Under the pieces are notes generated by a model, which worked only from the letters and a program-made list of their open reading frames with translations, was not told the origin of the DNA and ran no database searches. 64,000 nucleotides of DNA from Mobula hypostoma (Eukaryota): the NCBI RefSeq assembly GCF_963921235.1, contig NC_086097.1, positions 119,786,001 to 119,850,000 of the forward strand. Direction: 5' to 3'. Shown here one piece after another: positions 51,333 to 64,000 of the stretch. A program made the translations under genes and the position numbers. Each line of letters starts with the position of its first letter. Position 1 is the first letter of the stretch.

Positions 51333-53847
51333 TCTTCCCTGACCAATTTAGGTCATAGAAGTACCTTATGCAAGTGCACCAGCTACTGGTCTTCTGGGCT
51401 GGGCCAGTGCAAAGCTCTCATCCTAGCAGAAAAACATGTCTCTCCCATTTCTTGCTTCAGTTCAAATAAGCATAAAGTGGTGCACCTCCCCAGTTCGTTG
51501 TAAAATGTGACGTCTTTCTGCTAACATCCAATTCCATCTTTGGGTTCATCCTTTAATAATATGATATTGTGTTATGCAAATCCTCATCTCACTGGATGGT
51601 GCACACAAATATAAACTGTCAAATAAAGTAGTAGGAATGAAGCTCAAAAATGCAACAGAAGTCCTTCTATATCAGTCATTCCCACAACTCATATCAAGCC
51701 ATCATCTCTCCTCCATAGTTCTGAACTGATGCTCTCTAATATTAAGGATATTGAGCTGTGAGACCAGAATGATATGAATGTTAAAGAAGGTGCAGGCTAG
51801 AAGTACCAACTGCTTCATTTGTATGCCTTGCTGTACCTTATCAAAAGGATTTAGAGAAAGGATTGCTGAATTCTGATCATGCTTCTTGTCCACTAAAGTA
51901 TTTCATTGTTCCATTTTAATTTTTATGTACGCTCCATCCATTGAGGACAGCTTCAAGAGGAGGTGCCTGCAGAAGATGGCATTCATTGCTAAAGACTCTC
52001 ACCATCAGGAACATGCTCTCTTTGCTTTACTACAATCAGGGATGAGATACAAGGGCCATAAGACCCACAATAAATGATTCAGTAACAGCTTCTTCCCCTC
52101 TACCGTCATATTTATGAATGGTACATCAACCCATGAACACTCATAGTTCCTTTTTTTTGCACTATGGATTTTTTCTTGTAAATTATAATAATTTTTTTGT
52201 CTTTACACCATACTGCTGTTCTTCTTCTTCTTGGGTCCTCAGCTCCAAGTGAAGCATAGGCCATTGATGACCTCCCCTCTCCATCGTCCAAACTTGTTGG
52301 TATAGTTGGAGTTCGTCAATGTTTCAGTAATCCATTGTGTACTCTGTACAGGGGGTCAGCCTATACAGCTTCACCAGAGTCTTGTTGGCCGGCCTTACCT
52401 GTTTCCATCTCTCAGAACAAAGATGTAGGGCTGGACTTTGAAATGCCTTTCAGTTACTGCAAATCAAAAAATATTATTTCTATATAATATGGCCAAGTCA
52501 TTGAGCATATTTAATGTAGAGATTGATAGATGCTTGATTTATAAGAAGGTTAGAAGTTATGGGGAGAAAGGGGTTCAAAAGGTTGAATGGTGGAGCTGAA
52601 TCGATGGGCTTAAAGCCCCCCCTCCCCCCACCCACGATTCTGCTTCTATATCTTATGGTCAATACAATAAGACAGTGATAATAAATCTGAGTCCGATTCC
52701 AACGCTGGGCTTCTGTTTTTAAAAAAAAACAAGAGTTTTTGTGTTTTCTTCATAAGCAATAGTTATGCATTTTACAATGCGGTAATGTTTTAATCTGCAC
52801 TTCAAATTAAATTGCACTGTGGCACAAATATGGGAAATACTTCAATATAATTATTACCTGAGAAATCATTATATGAAAGACAAACTTCCTCAAGCTGCTT
52901 TCTTAACAGTAATTTGCAAGTTTAGCAACTTTCAAGTTCTTCTCCAACTCCCCCTCACCTCTAGCTGTTACATTCTGACTTAATATATGTTACATCACTT
53001 CACAATGAGATCAACGTTCAGACTTTTCACTGCAGAGTTGTAAAAATAACAGTTGTTTAAGCATTTTGCTATTTTCTTGCAGTTGACATTACAACTGTAT
53101 GCATAGAAATTAATGGGGAAATATGTAGAAATGATAGTTTAAGGGAGACTGATGTTTCCCAGAAAATAGAACAAATACCATGGAAGAATACAGTACAGAA
53201 ACAGGCCCTTCAGCCCATCATTTCCATTTTATTTATTTAGTGACACAGCACAGGAACACACCCTTCTGGCCCAACAAGATGTGCCACCCAATTACACTCT
53301 GTGGAGCATGCGAGGAAACCCATACGGTCATGCGGAGAATGAACGAACTCCTTACGGACAACAATGGGTACTGAACCCAGGTCACCTATCATGCTTACTG
53401 CTATGTTAGCATGCTGCGCTGCATGATGTCTGTGCCAACCACGATACCAATCTAAATAAGCTTGTCTGTGCTCCATATGCCTCTATTCCTGTTGATAAAC
53501 ATAGTCTTTCTAATTGGTATTATAAATGTAATTAACATATCTGCTTCTACCAGTTCCCGTGACAGTACATGCCAGGCCTCTACCACTCTTACAGTAAAAA
53601 AAATCCTTGCTTCATGAACCTCCTTTAAAATTTTCCCCCTCACTTTAAAATTTCACTCTCAGCTTTTGCTCCAAAGCTGCAAACACCATGTCGACATATA
53701 ACAACAATACTAATGTCCTCATCCCCTGTGATGGTATTGGGTTTGCCAAGTTCAAATTCAGATAAAGACCTTAAGCCCTATCAGATATAAATAGCCGAGT
53801 ACAGGGATGAGGTCCTGAAAGGATAATATAGGGAGCTAGAAAGGGAG

Positions 53848-54111
53848 TTGAGAAAAAGGACCGCAAAGGTAGTAATCTCGGGATTACTGCCTGTGCCACG
53901 CGACAGTGAGAGTAGGAATGCGATGAGGTGGAGGATAAATGCGTGGCTGAGGGATTGGAGCAGGGGGCAGGGATTCAAGTTTTTGGATCATTGGGACCTC
54001 TTTTGGCGCAGGCGTGACCTGTACAAAAAGGACGGGTTACACTTGAATCCTAGGGGGACCAATATCCTGGCAGGGAGATTAGCGGGGGCTACTGAGGTGA
54101 CTTTAAAATAG
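53848..54111 (+). pseudogene. CR1 ORF1 C-terminal SGNH esterase-like domain
   Basis: VVISGLLP...INAWLRDW...YKKDGLHLNPRG (DxxH motif typical of CR1/L2 ORF1 esterase domains). Confidence 0.82.
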
Positions 54112-55079
54112 AATGGTTGGTGGGTGGGAATCAAATTAAAGAGGCTAGGCGTGAGGAGGTTAGTTCACAACAGAGGGATGGGAACCAGTGCAGAGAGACA
54201 GAGGGGTGTAAAGTGAGCGTAGAAGCAAAAAGTACTAAGGAGAAAAGTAAAAGTGGCAGGCCAACAAATCCAGGGCAAGCATTAAAAAGGGCCACTTTTC
54301 AACATAATTGTATAAGGGCTAAGAGAGTTGTAAAAGAGCGCCTGAAGGCTTTATGTGTCAATGCAAGGAGCATTCGTAATAAGGTGGATGAATTGAAAGT
54401 GCAGATTGTTATTAATGATTATGATATAGTTGGGATCACAGAGACATGGCTCCAGGGTGACCAGGGATGGGAGCTCAACGTTCAGGGATATTCAATATTC
54501 AGGAGGGATAGACATGAAGGAAGGGGAGGTGGGGTGGCGTTGCTGGTTAAAGAAGAGATTAACGCAATAGAAAGGAAGGACATAAGCCGGGAAGATGTGG
54601 AATCGATATGGGTAGAGCTGCGTAACACTAAGGGGCAGAAGACGCTGGTGGGAGTTGTGTACAGGCCACCTAACAGTAGTAGTGAGGTCGGAGATGGTAT
54701 TAAACAGGAAATTAGAAATGTGTGCAATAAAGGAACAGCAGTTGTAATGGGTGACTTCAATCTACATGTAGACTGGGTGAACCAAATTGGTAAAGGTGCT
54801 GAGGAAGAGGATTTCTTGGAATGTATGCGGGATGGTTTTTTGAACCAACATGTCGAGGAACCAACTAGAGAGCAGGCTATTCTGGACTGGGTTTTGAGCA
54901 ATGAGGAAGGGTTAATTAGCGATCTTGTCGTGAGAGGCCCCTTGGGTAAGAGTGACCATAATATGGTGGAATTCTTCATTAAGATGGAGAGTGACATAGT
55001 TAATTCAGAAACAAAGGTTCTGAACTTAAAGAGGGGTAACTTTGAAGGTATGAGACGTGAATTAGCTAAGATAGACTGA
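54096..55079 (+). pseudogene. CR1 ORF2 apurinic-like endonuclease domain, ends at a premature TGA
   Basis: NARSIRNK, GITETW, VYRPP, MGDFN, SDHN; TGG>TGA at 55077-55079. Confidence 0.9.
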
Positions 55080-56654
55080 CAAATGACACTTAAAGGATTG
55101 ACGGTGGATATGCAATGGCAAGCATTTAAAGGTTGCATGGATGAACTACAACAATTGTTCATCCCAGTTTGGCAAAAGAATATATCAGGGAAGGTAGTGC
55201 ACCCGTGGCTGACAAGGGAAATTAGGGATAGTATCAATTCCAAAGAAGTAGCATACAAATTAGCCAGAGAAACTGGCTCACCTGAGGACTGGGAGAAATT
55301 CAGAGTTCAGCAGAGGAGGACAAAGGGCTTAATTAGGAAGGGGAATAAAGATTTTGAGAGAAAACTGGCAGAGAACATAAAAACGGACTGTAAAAGCTTT
55401 TATAGATATGTAAAAAGGAAAAGACTGGTAAAGACAAATGTAGGTCCCCTGCAGACAGAAACAGGTGAATTGATTATGGGGAGCAAGGACATGGCAGACC
55501 AATTGAATAATTACTTTGGTTCTGTCTTCACTAAGGAGGACATAAATAATCTTCCAGAAATAGTAAGGGACAGAGGGTCCAGTGAGATGGAGGAACTGAG
55601 CGAAATACATGTCAGTAGGGAAGTGGTGTTAGGTAAATTGAAGGGATTGAAGGCAGATAAATCCCCAGGGCCAGATGGTCTGCATTCTAGAGTGCTTAAG
55701 GAAGTAGCCCAAGAAATAATGGATGCATTAGTGATAATTTTTCAAAACTCGTTAGATTCTGGACTAGTTCCTGAGGATTGGAGGGTGGCTAATGTAACCC
55801 CACTTTTTAAAAAAGGAGGGAGAGAGAAACCGGGGAATTATAGACCGGTTAGCCTAACGTCGGTGGTGGGGAAACTGCTGGAGTCAGTTATCAAGGATGT
55901 GATAACAGCACATTTGGAAAGCGGTGAAATGATCGGACAAAGTCAGCATGGATTTGTGAAAGGAAAATCATGTCTGACGAATCTCATAGAATTTTTTGAG
56001 GATGTAACTAGTAGAGTGGATAGGGGAGAACCAGTGGATGTGGTATATTTGGATTTTGTACAAGGCCTTGGTGAGACCACACCTGGAGTATTGTGTGCAG
56101 TTTTGGTCCCCTAATCTGAGGAAAGACATCTTTGCCATAGAGGGAGTACAAAGAAGGTTCACCAGATTGATTCCTGGGATGGCAGGACTTTCATATGAAG
56201 AAAGAATGGATGAACTGGGCTTGTACTCGTTAGAATTTAGAAGATTGAGGGGGGATCTGATTGAAACGTATAAGATCCTAAAGGGATTGGACAGGCTAGA
56301 TGCAGGAAGATTGTTCCCGATGTTGGGGAAGTCCAGAACGAGGGGTCACAGTTTGAGGATAGAGGGGAAGCCTTTTAGGACCGAGATTAGGAAAAACTTC
56401 TTCACACAGAGAGTGGTGAATCTGTGGAATTCTCCGCCACAGGAAACTGTTGAGGCCAGTTCATTGACTATATTTAAGAGGGAGTTAGATATGGCCCTTG
56501 TGGCTACAGGGGTCAGGGGGTATGGAGGGAAGGCTGGGGCGGGGTTCTGAGTTGGATGATCAGCCATGATCATAATAAATGGCGGTGCAGGCTCGAAGGG
56601 CCGAATGGCCTACTCCTGCACCTATTTTCTATGTTTCTATGTTTCTATGTTTAC

Positions 56655-57195
56655 TTTCACTAAAGGAAGTTTATACTGTAACTACCCAACCTTGAAAGAC
56701 TAGTTCACCTCCTTGTTTATTCTCTCCAGTGGGTTTATCTGCCAATACCCACTACTTGACCAAGGAGAAGATACCTCCAGCAAACAAAGTAGTTTAAAAC
56801 CCAGTTGATATATTTTCAGTGATACACATTTAAATCCAAACAACATTCTTAAAACACATCTAAAACTCACAGAGGATTTTCCTTCTTAAACATTTCCAAA
56901 TTGCAAAACACAAAGAATTTCCAAAACATGTTTACAATTCCCTGAACAAAAAAACATACCAATGATGCAGACGAACAAATCATCATCTGTCTGAGAAATC
57001 AAAGCCAGGGGAATGGATTCTAGTTCGTCCTATGTTCCTTTCATGCTTCAGGATGTTTCATACCCCATTCTCAGTAACCCTGAACTGTTCTCTACATTTA
57101 TACTGTTTCTTTGCCACTTGAGTCACTACACAGGTAAATGATGTTTTCCCCTGATACTCTTTTTACACAAACAATCTAAAAGCCCCTTGGTTACA
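56655..57195. repeat. Unclassified interspersed repeat (LTR-like), copy 2
   Basis: Similar to 10090-10445; TGTAAC (56677) ... GTTACA (57195); no TSD seen. Confidence 0.5.
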
Positions 57196-58619
57196 CAGTT
57201 TCCAGATACCCACAATTAATGCAGTAAAACTAATTTCTCTGAGTACATAAACCTTCCAACTATAAACACATCAGTTATTTGATATGCTGAAGGATTTTAT
57301 CCATCTGGCCTATCCGCTTCCTTGAACTAAGCAACTTAGTCAGGTTGTCTGTTTTGAAAAAAAGCTAAATTAACTAACCTCTTGGTTTGTACTGCACCAC
57401 TTGGGCAGCAATAAACCAAGTGTATTCTTCAGCATCCTGCTTTCTACAGGCAATGCACCTACGATATAGAGAGCATGTTTGCAAAGCTAATCTATAGACA
57501 GTACTTTGTTTTAACTTCAAACTGATTACTGCTTGCCTTTTACATTTTAAGAACTGAAACTGGCTCACGTTTATGACCAGAAGCTAAACAAGGGATATCA
57601 TTGGGAATTTTATTTACACTTTTTGATCTTACAGGTGGCAGCTACTGTGCTTAGAAAGCTGAGCTTGGTAAAAAACATAAGACTCCCGACTCAGAGAATA
57701 AATAAACATCACACCCCGTCAGATTTGATCAATAACAACCCATACGACTAAGTAAAATGTATTTCAATTGGTTCACAGAAAACTGGGTGACGCTGTATCA
57801 TAGCAGTTAATGCAATGCTTTACTGCACCAACGGCCCAAGGTCAGTTACCGCTACTGTCTGTAAGGAACTTATACAGCTCATTCTTCCCATGAATGTGTG
57901 GAATTCCTTCAAGTGCTTCGGCTTCCCCCCACATTCTAAAATGTGCAGGTTAATAGATTAATTGGTCACATGGTTGTAATTAGGTAGGATAGGGTTGTTG
58001 TCCAGAAGGGTTTGTTACTATGCTGTATCTGGTTGCAGTGCGTTTGTGTCTTACTACAATTGCATGGTTCAAGGTCAGAAAATAGTAAGTTGTGCAAGAC
58101 TTGAACACCACTTCCAAATTCAGAACAGTCTAATCGTGTGAGCACATAAAAAAATCAGTACTTGTTTATGCAAGTGATTGATTTGCATAAAAACGCACAA
58201 AATTACTTTATATGCTGGATTTATTCACATTCTCAGGACAGCCAGAGCATTTCACAGCCAATAAATTACTTTTTGAAGTGTACTAACTGTTGTTTGGCAA
58301 AAAAAAATGTGACAGTCAGTTTGAGCATTCATGGTAAATGTGAGGAATCGCAGGTTCATTTGTTCCTTAATGGTGTTGTTAGGAAATTAACACAGGGCAG
58401 GATGCCAGGAGAACACCTTGTTCAACTTGAAATATCACCTTGGGACCCATTGCAACATTTAATAAAGAATATCAGAACTTGTTCAAATGAAATCTGTCCT
58501 TCTAGCACATGAAACTCCAAAAAAAACACTAAATATTCTACAGAATATGGTAGTACGGTGTATCTTCTCATGAAATTCAGTTCGATTGAGGTCAATTGCA
58601 ATTTGTTGACACAGTAGCA

Positions 58620-61600
58620 CCTGCAAGGGTTCCTGCTTAGGATACGAGTGAAGGCCAACGGCAGATCCGGCAGGTTCAGAACTGAACTTATGACGGCGAA
58701 GGCGGATGAGCTAGGACCCCAAATGTCAATGGCTATAGTACAGGCAGATGAATATTTGGGAAGAGAAATGGCAATTTCTTTAGTTCACCAAACAGCAGGC
58801 AATAGCAAACCACTGTTGCTAGATGCTAGATTTCCTAGAATTTATTTGCTAAGAAAACCATGGTCAAAATCACAAAATGTATCACACAACAGCTTCAAGA
58901 GGATCTTCAAGATAATTCTGAAGATGCTTCACTTGGTAGGGTTGATTCTGGTCGGCAGGGGATCACCAATCGTTATCAAGCTACTGCTCATAAAATTCAA
59001 GTAAGACAAAAGAAAATTATTGCCACTTGGAATGTAAGAACCCTGTATCAAGCAGGAAGATTGGACAATGTGATAAATGATAAAAGAGTGCTCCTTGCTA
59101 GATTCAGAGGACAACCATTTGATTTAGCAATTATACAGGTATATGCACCAACAACAGATGGAAAAAATGAGGATATAGATAAATTCTATGAAGAGCTTGA
59201 ACAAGCAAAAAATGGATGCAAATCTCAAGATGTTGTTATTGTCATAGGAGATCTAAATGCTAAAGTAGGACAAGGTGCTGATGGAAACACCATAGGAAAA
59301 TTTGGACGAGGAGAAAGAAATGAAAGGGGTGAGAAATGGGTAGAATGGTGCAAGATGAATAATCAGGTCATTATGAATACCTACTTTAAAAACCATCCAA
59401 GACGCTTGTGGACCTGGAAAAGTCCAGGTGATAACACTAGAAATCAAATTGACTTCATTACTATAAACCAAAGATTTAGAAACTCAGTGACTCAATGCAA
59501 AACGTATCCAGGTGAAGACTGTAATAGTGACCATAACCCAGTAGAATGTCATATAAAAGTAAAACTTAAAAAAACTAAAGAAGCAAAAACCTGAAGAATC
59601 CCTTGACTACTTGCAATTAATTAAAGAAGAAAACTTAAGACAAAAATTTACATCTGAAGTAAGGAATAGATTTCAAAGTCTAGAAATAGAATCTGTTGAA
59701 GATGATAGCAATCATGTAGAAATGAAATTTAACTCTCTAAAGGATGCCTTGGTAGAATCAGCAAAGTCAGTGAATCCTAATAAAGAAAAAAAGCACAAAA
59801 AATAAATGGATGACAGATGAAATCAAAAATCTAATGGAAGAAAGGAGACCAAAGAAAGCAAGTCCTATAAAATATAAGTCCTTAGATAAAAAGCTGATAT
59901 CAAAAAGCCAAAGAAGACTGGTTCAACCAGGAATGTGAGCAAATAGGAAGAATCCCTATTACTGATCCAAAAAGGTTACATCAACATAGAAACACAGACA
60001 TAAAAACATAGAAAATAGGTGCAGGAGTAGGCCATTCGGCCCTTTGAGCCTGCACCGCCATTCAGTATGATCATGGCTGATCATCCAACTCAGAACCCTG
60101 TACCAGCCTTCCCTCCATACCCTGTGATCCCTTTAGCCACAAGGGCCATATCTAACTCCCTCTTAAATATAGCCAATGAACTGGCCTCAACTGTTTTCTG
60201 TGGAAGAGAATTCCACAGATTCACCACTCTCTGTGTGAAGAACTTTTTCCTAATCTTAATCCTAAAAGGTTTCCCCTTTATTCTCAAACTGTGACCCCTT
60301 GTTCTGGACTTCTCCAACATTGGGAACAATCTTCCTGCATCTAGCCTGTCCAATTCCTTTAGGATTTTATATGTTTCAATAAGATCTCCCCTCAATCTTC
60401 TAAATTCCAACGAGTATAAGCCTAGTTCATCCAGTCTTTCTTCATATGAAAGTCCTGCCATCCCAGGAATCAATCTGGTGAACCTTCTTTGTACTCCCTC
60501 TATGGCAAGGATGTCTTTCCTCAGATTAGGGGACCAAAACTGCACGCAATACTCCAGGTGTGGTCTCACCAAGGCCTTGTACAACTGCAGTAGTACCTCC
60601 CTGCGCCTGTACTCGAATCCTCTCGCTATAAATGCCAGCATACCATTCGCCTTTTTCACCGCCTGCTGTACCTGCATGCCCACTTTCAATGACTGGTGTA
60701 TAATGACACCCAGGTCTCATTGCGCCTCCCCTTTTCCTAATCGGCCACCATTCAGATAATAATCTGTTTTCCTGTTTTTGCCACCAAAGTGGATAACCTC
60801 ACATTTATCCACATTAAATTGCATCTGCCATGAATTTTTCCACTCACCTAACCTATCCAAGTCACCCTGCATCTTCTTAGCATCCTCCTCACAGCTAACA
60901 CTGCCGCCCAGCTTCGTGTCATCCGCAAACTTGGAGATGCTGCATTTATTTCCCTCATCTAAATCATTAATATATATTGTAAACAATTGGGGTCCCAGCA
61001 CTGAGCCTTGCCCCACTTGTCACTGCCTGCCATTCTGAAAAGGTCCCGTTTATTCCCACTCTTTGCTTCCTGTCTGCCAACCAATTCTCTATCCACATCA
61101 ATACCTTACCCCCAATACCGTGTGCTTTAAGTTTGCACACTAATCTCCCGTGTGGGACCTTGTCAAAAACCTTTTGAAAATCCAAATATACCACATCCAC
61201 TGGTTCTCCCCTATCCACTCTACTAGTTACATCCTCAAAAAATTCTATGAGATTCGTCAGACATGATTTTCCTTTCACAAATCCATGCTGACTTTGTCCA
61301 ATGATTTCAGCGCTTTCCAAATGTGCTGTTATCACATCTTTGATAACTGACTCTACCATTTTCCCCACCACCAATGTTAGGCTAACCGGTCTATAATTCC
61401 CCAGTTTCTCTCTCCCTCCTTTTTTAAAAAGCGGGGTTACATTAGCCACCCTCCAATCCTCAGAAACTAGTCCAGAATCTAAAGAACTTTGAAAAATTAT
61501 CACTAATGCATCCATTATTTCTTGGGCTACTTCCTTAAGCACTCTGGGATGCAGACCATCTGGCCCTGGGGATTTATCTGCCTTTAATTCCTTCAATTTA

Positions 61601-63588
61601 CCTAACACCACTTCCCTACTAACAGGTATTTCCCTCAGTTCCTCCATCTCACTAGACCCTCTGTCCCCTACTAGTTCCGGAAGATTATTTATGTCCTCCT
61701 TAGTGAAGACAGAACCAAAGTAGTTATTCAATTTGTCTGCCATGTTCTTGTTCCCCATAAGCAATTCACCTGTTTCTTTCTGGAGGGGACCTACATTCGT
61801 CTTAACCAATCTTTTTCTTATCACATATCTATAAAAGCTTTTACTGTCAGTTTTTATGTTCCCTGCCAGTTTTCTCTCATAATCTTTTTTCCCTTTCCTA
61901 ATTAAGCCCTTTGTCCTCCTCTGCTGAACTCTGAATTTCTCCCAGTCCTCAGATGAGCCGCTTTTTTTCTGGCTAATTTGTATGCTTCTTGTTTGGAATT
62001 GATACTATCCCTAATTTCCCTTGTCAGCCACGGGTGCACTACCTTCCCTGATATATTCTTTTGCCAAACTGGGATGAACAATTGTTGTAGTTCATCCACG
62101 CGATCTTTAAATGCTTGCCATTGCATATCCACCGTCAACCCTTTAAGTGTCATTTGCCAGTCTATCCTAGCTAATTCACGTCTCATACCTTCAAAGTTAC
62201 CCTTCTTTAAGTTTAGAACCTTTGTTTCTGAATTAACTATGTCACTCTCCATCTTAATGAAGAATTCCACCATATTATGGTCACTCTTACCCAAGTCAAG
62301 AATATCACTGGTAAAAAGCTCCTCTGTTCTTCAGGTGGATGTTTGAAAGCAAAGGACAGTACCATTATCATGGAAAAATATGAGATTATGAACAAATGGA
62401 CTGAGTATATTCAGGAATTGTTTGAAGACGATCGAGGTGAAAAATCAGAAATTAAGAAAAACATTGCAGGTCCAAGTATTTTAAAATCTGAAGCTCATAA
62501 TGCAATAAATAAGATGAAGAAAGGAAAGGCAGCAGGTCCTGATGAATTAGTAATAGAACAAATTATCACCCTTAAAGATTATGGAATTGAAATTCTTACT
62601 GATTTAATCAATGACAGTTATGAGACTGGAATAATACCAGCAGAGATGAAAAAATCAGTATTTATCACTCTTCCTAAGAAAGCTGGAGCAATAGAATGTG
62701 AATTACATAGGACCATAAGTTTATTGAGTCTTATCACCAAGATACTTCAAAGAATTTTGATGACAAGAGTTAAAAGTAAGATACAAGCTGAAATAGGTAA
62801 AGAACAATGTGGTTTTGTGAAAGACAAAGGTACAGGAAATGCAACATTGATGATAAGGATACTATCAGAACAAACTATTCAAGTGCAAAAAGATTTGTTT
62901 GTTTGCTTTATCGACTACACAAAAGCATTTGATAAAGTGAAGCACAGTAAGTTATTTGAAATATTACAGAGAACTCTAGATCTAGATTTGAAAGACCTCT
63001 GCCTAGTCAGAAATCTGTACTGGAAACAAACTGCTGCTGTAAGAATAGATGGAGAAGTGAGTCAGTTTACCAAAATCAAGAGTGGCATTAGACAAGGGTA
63101 TGTTTTCTCCCCTGATTTATTTAACGTGGACTGTGGAACAATATTACAAAAAATAGGAGACATCTTGGGAATCAAAGTTGGCAGAGAAAACATCAATAAT
63201 TTCAGATATGCAGATGACACTGTGTTAATTGCAAGTATGGAGGAAGAACTACAAAACTCAATTGATATAGTTGTTGAGGAAAGTGCAAAAATGGGCCTAT
63301 CTATCAATTACAAAAAGACAGAATGTATGGTGGCATCTGAAAAGAAGGAGAATCCTATCTGCAGGCTGAGAATAAACGGGGAGGACATAAAACAAGTACA
63401 AAACTTTTGTTACTTAGGAAGCTGGGTGACATCAGATGGCAGCTGCGACATGGACATCAAAAAAAGAATAGGGATGGCAAAAGACACCTTTATGAGAATG
63501 AAGAGTATACTGACCAATACTAAGCTAGGCATGACAACCCGCCTCAGAGTACTGAAATGTTACGTTTATCCAGTTATCTTATATGGCT
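58620..63588 (+). mobile_element. RTE-clade LINE, split by a CR1 and cut at its 3' end by a HERO-like element
   Basis: IATWNVRTL, IQVYAPT, GDLNAKVG, WTWKSPG..RNQIDFI, SDHNP at 58860-59594; GKAAGPD, RTISLLS, FIDYTKAFDKV, RYADDTVL, YLGS at 62296-63588. Confidence 0.93.
59984..62295 (-). mobile_element. Young CR1 LINE copy 6 inserted in the RTE element
   Basis: CATAGAAA-type tail at 59984-60016; frameshifted ORFs 61902-62294, 60967-61824, 60717-61016 and 60090-60689. Confidence 0.97.
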
Positions 63589-64000
63589 GTGTACATACAT
63601 CTATTGATGCTTCTGGACACATCTTCAGTGATGTTCCTGGAATCATCGGGTGTTTCGGGTCTTTCAACATCATACAACCTACTCCAGGTGACCCAGCCGG
63701 AGCTGATCAGACCCCAGCTTGTGTCCAGATGGCTAGCTACTTATGACTCCATGGCTCCCCTCTTTTGAGCCACAGCCATCTTGAGGCCCTCTCTGCCACA
63801 TCGGTGGTACTGCGGATGGCTCTCCTCTTCCTCTCTCCCTCGATGCCCAAAACGCTGAAGGCTCTAACTAAAGAATGGGCTATGAATCCCCTACAACCAA
63901 CCTCCACTGGGAGACACCTCGCTCTCCATCCAGCCTGCTGACAGTTGCTGACCAGTCCTGCGTACTTGGAGAGCTTCCTTTCAAAGGCCTCCTCCAAGCT
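63589..64000 (-). mobile_element. HERO-like (restriction-endonuclease) non-LTR retrotransposon 3' end, runs off window
   Basis: EEAFERKLSKY..L...CQQAGW....PVEVGCRGF....AERASRWLWLKR, followed by a ~150-nt 3'UTR. Confidence 0.78.

Larger units (their letters stand above)
53790..56652 (+). mobile_element. Young CR1 LINE copy 5 (longest 5' extent): ORF1 end, endonuclease, internally deleted RT
   Basis: ORFs 53848-54111, 54117-55079, 55083-56114 and 56038-56550; (TTTCTATG)n tail. Confidence 0.97.

Noticed and set aside
54482..55258. Long antisense ORFs over CR1 copies (258 aa here; recurring MPPKWITSH and MNLLCTPS ORFs)
   Set aside because: Shadow frames of CR1 ORF2; they recur only because the copies are near-identical, and no domain is recognisable
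63600..63700. GAAAC...CTGAAGA on the minus strand in the HERO-like 3'UTR as a type II hammerhead
   Set aside because: No convincing stem III with a UH site and no closing stem II pair
1..64000. CRISPR array, rRNA or prokaryotic operon
   Set aside because: No regularly spaced repeats, rRNA motifs or gene-dense structure; content is vertebrate interspersed repeats

Overview
Repeat-saturated vertebrate genomic DNA, most likely from a cartilaginous fish (an inference from the repeat families only). No intact host protein-coding gene is recognisable, and almost every long ORF belongs to a retrotransposon. The window holds six near-identical young CR1 LINE copies plus older CR1 debris, two L1-clade elements (one with a twin-priming 5' inversion), an RTE element, R4/Dong fragments, and a HERO-like restriction-endonuclease element. 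It also contains Tigger/pogo, mariner and Tc1 derivatives, solo LTRs, tRNA-derived SINEs, and ten Penelope-like (GIY-YIG) insertions. Four signals stand out. (i) The Penelope-like tail carries a minimal type I hammerhead ribozyme, and the short TSD-flanked copies and two fold-back copies all break within a few bases of its CUGA core. (ii) The longest CR1 has an AUG-less ORF2 in the -1 frame, overlapping ORF1 at a U_UUA_AAA slippery heptamer, which is a candidate programmed frameshift. (iii) A multi-level nested insertion at 29-36 kb has target-site duplications still readable at most junctions. (iv) There are weak hints of a spliced minus-strand transcript. Boundaries of old repeats are approximate.
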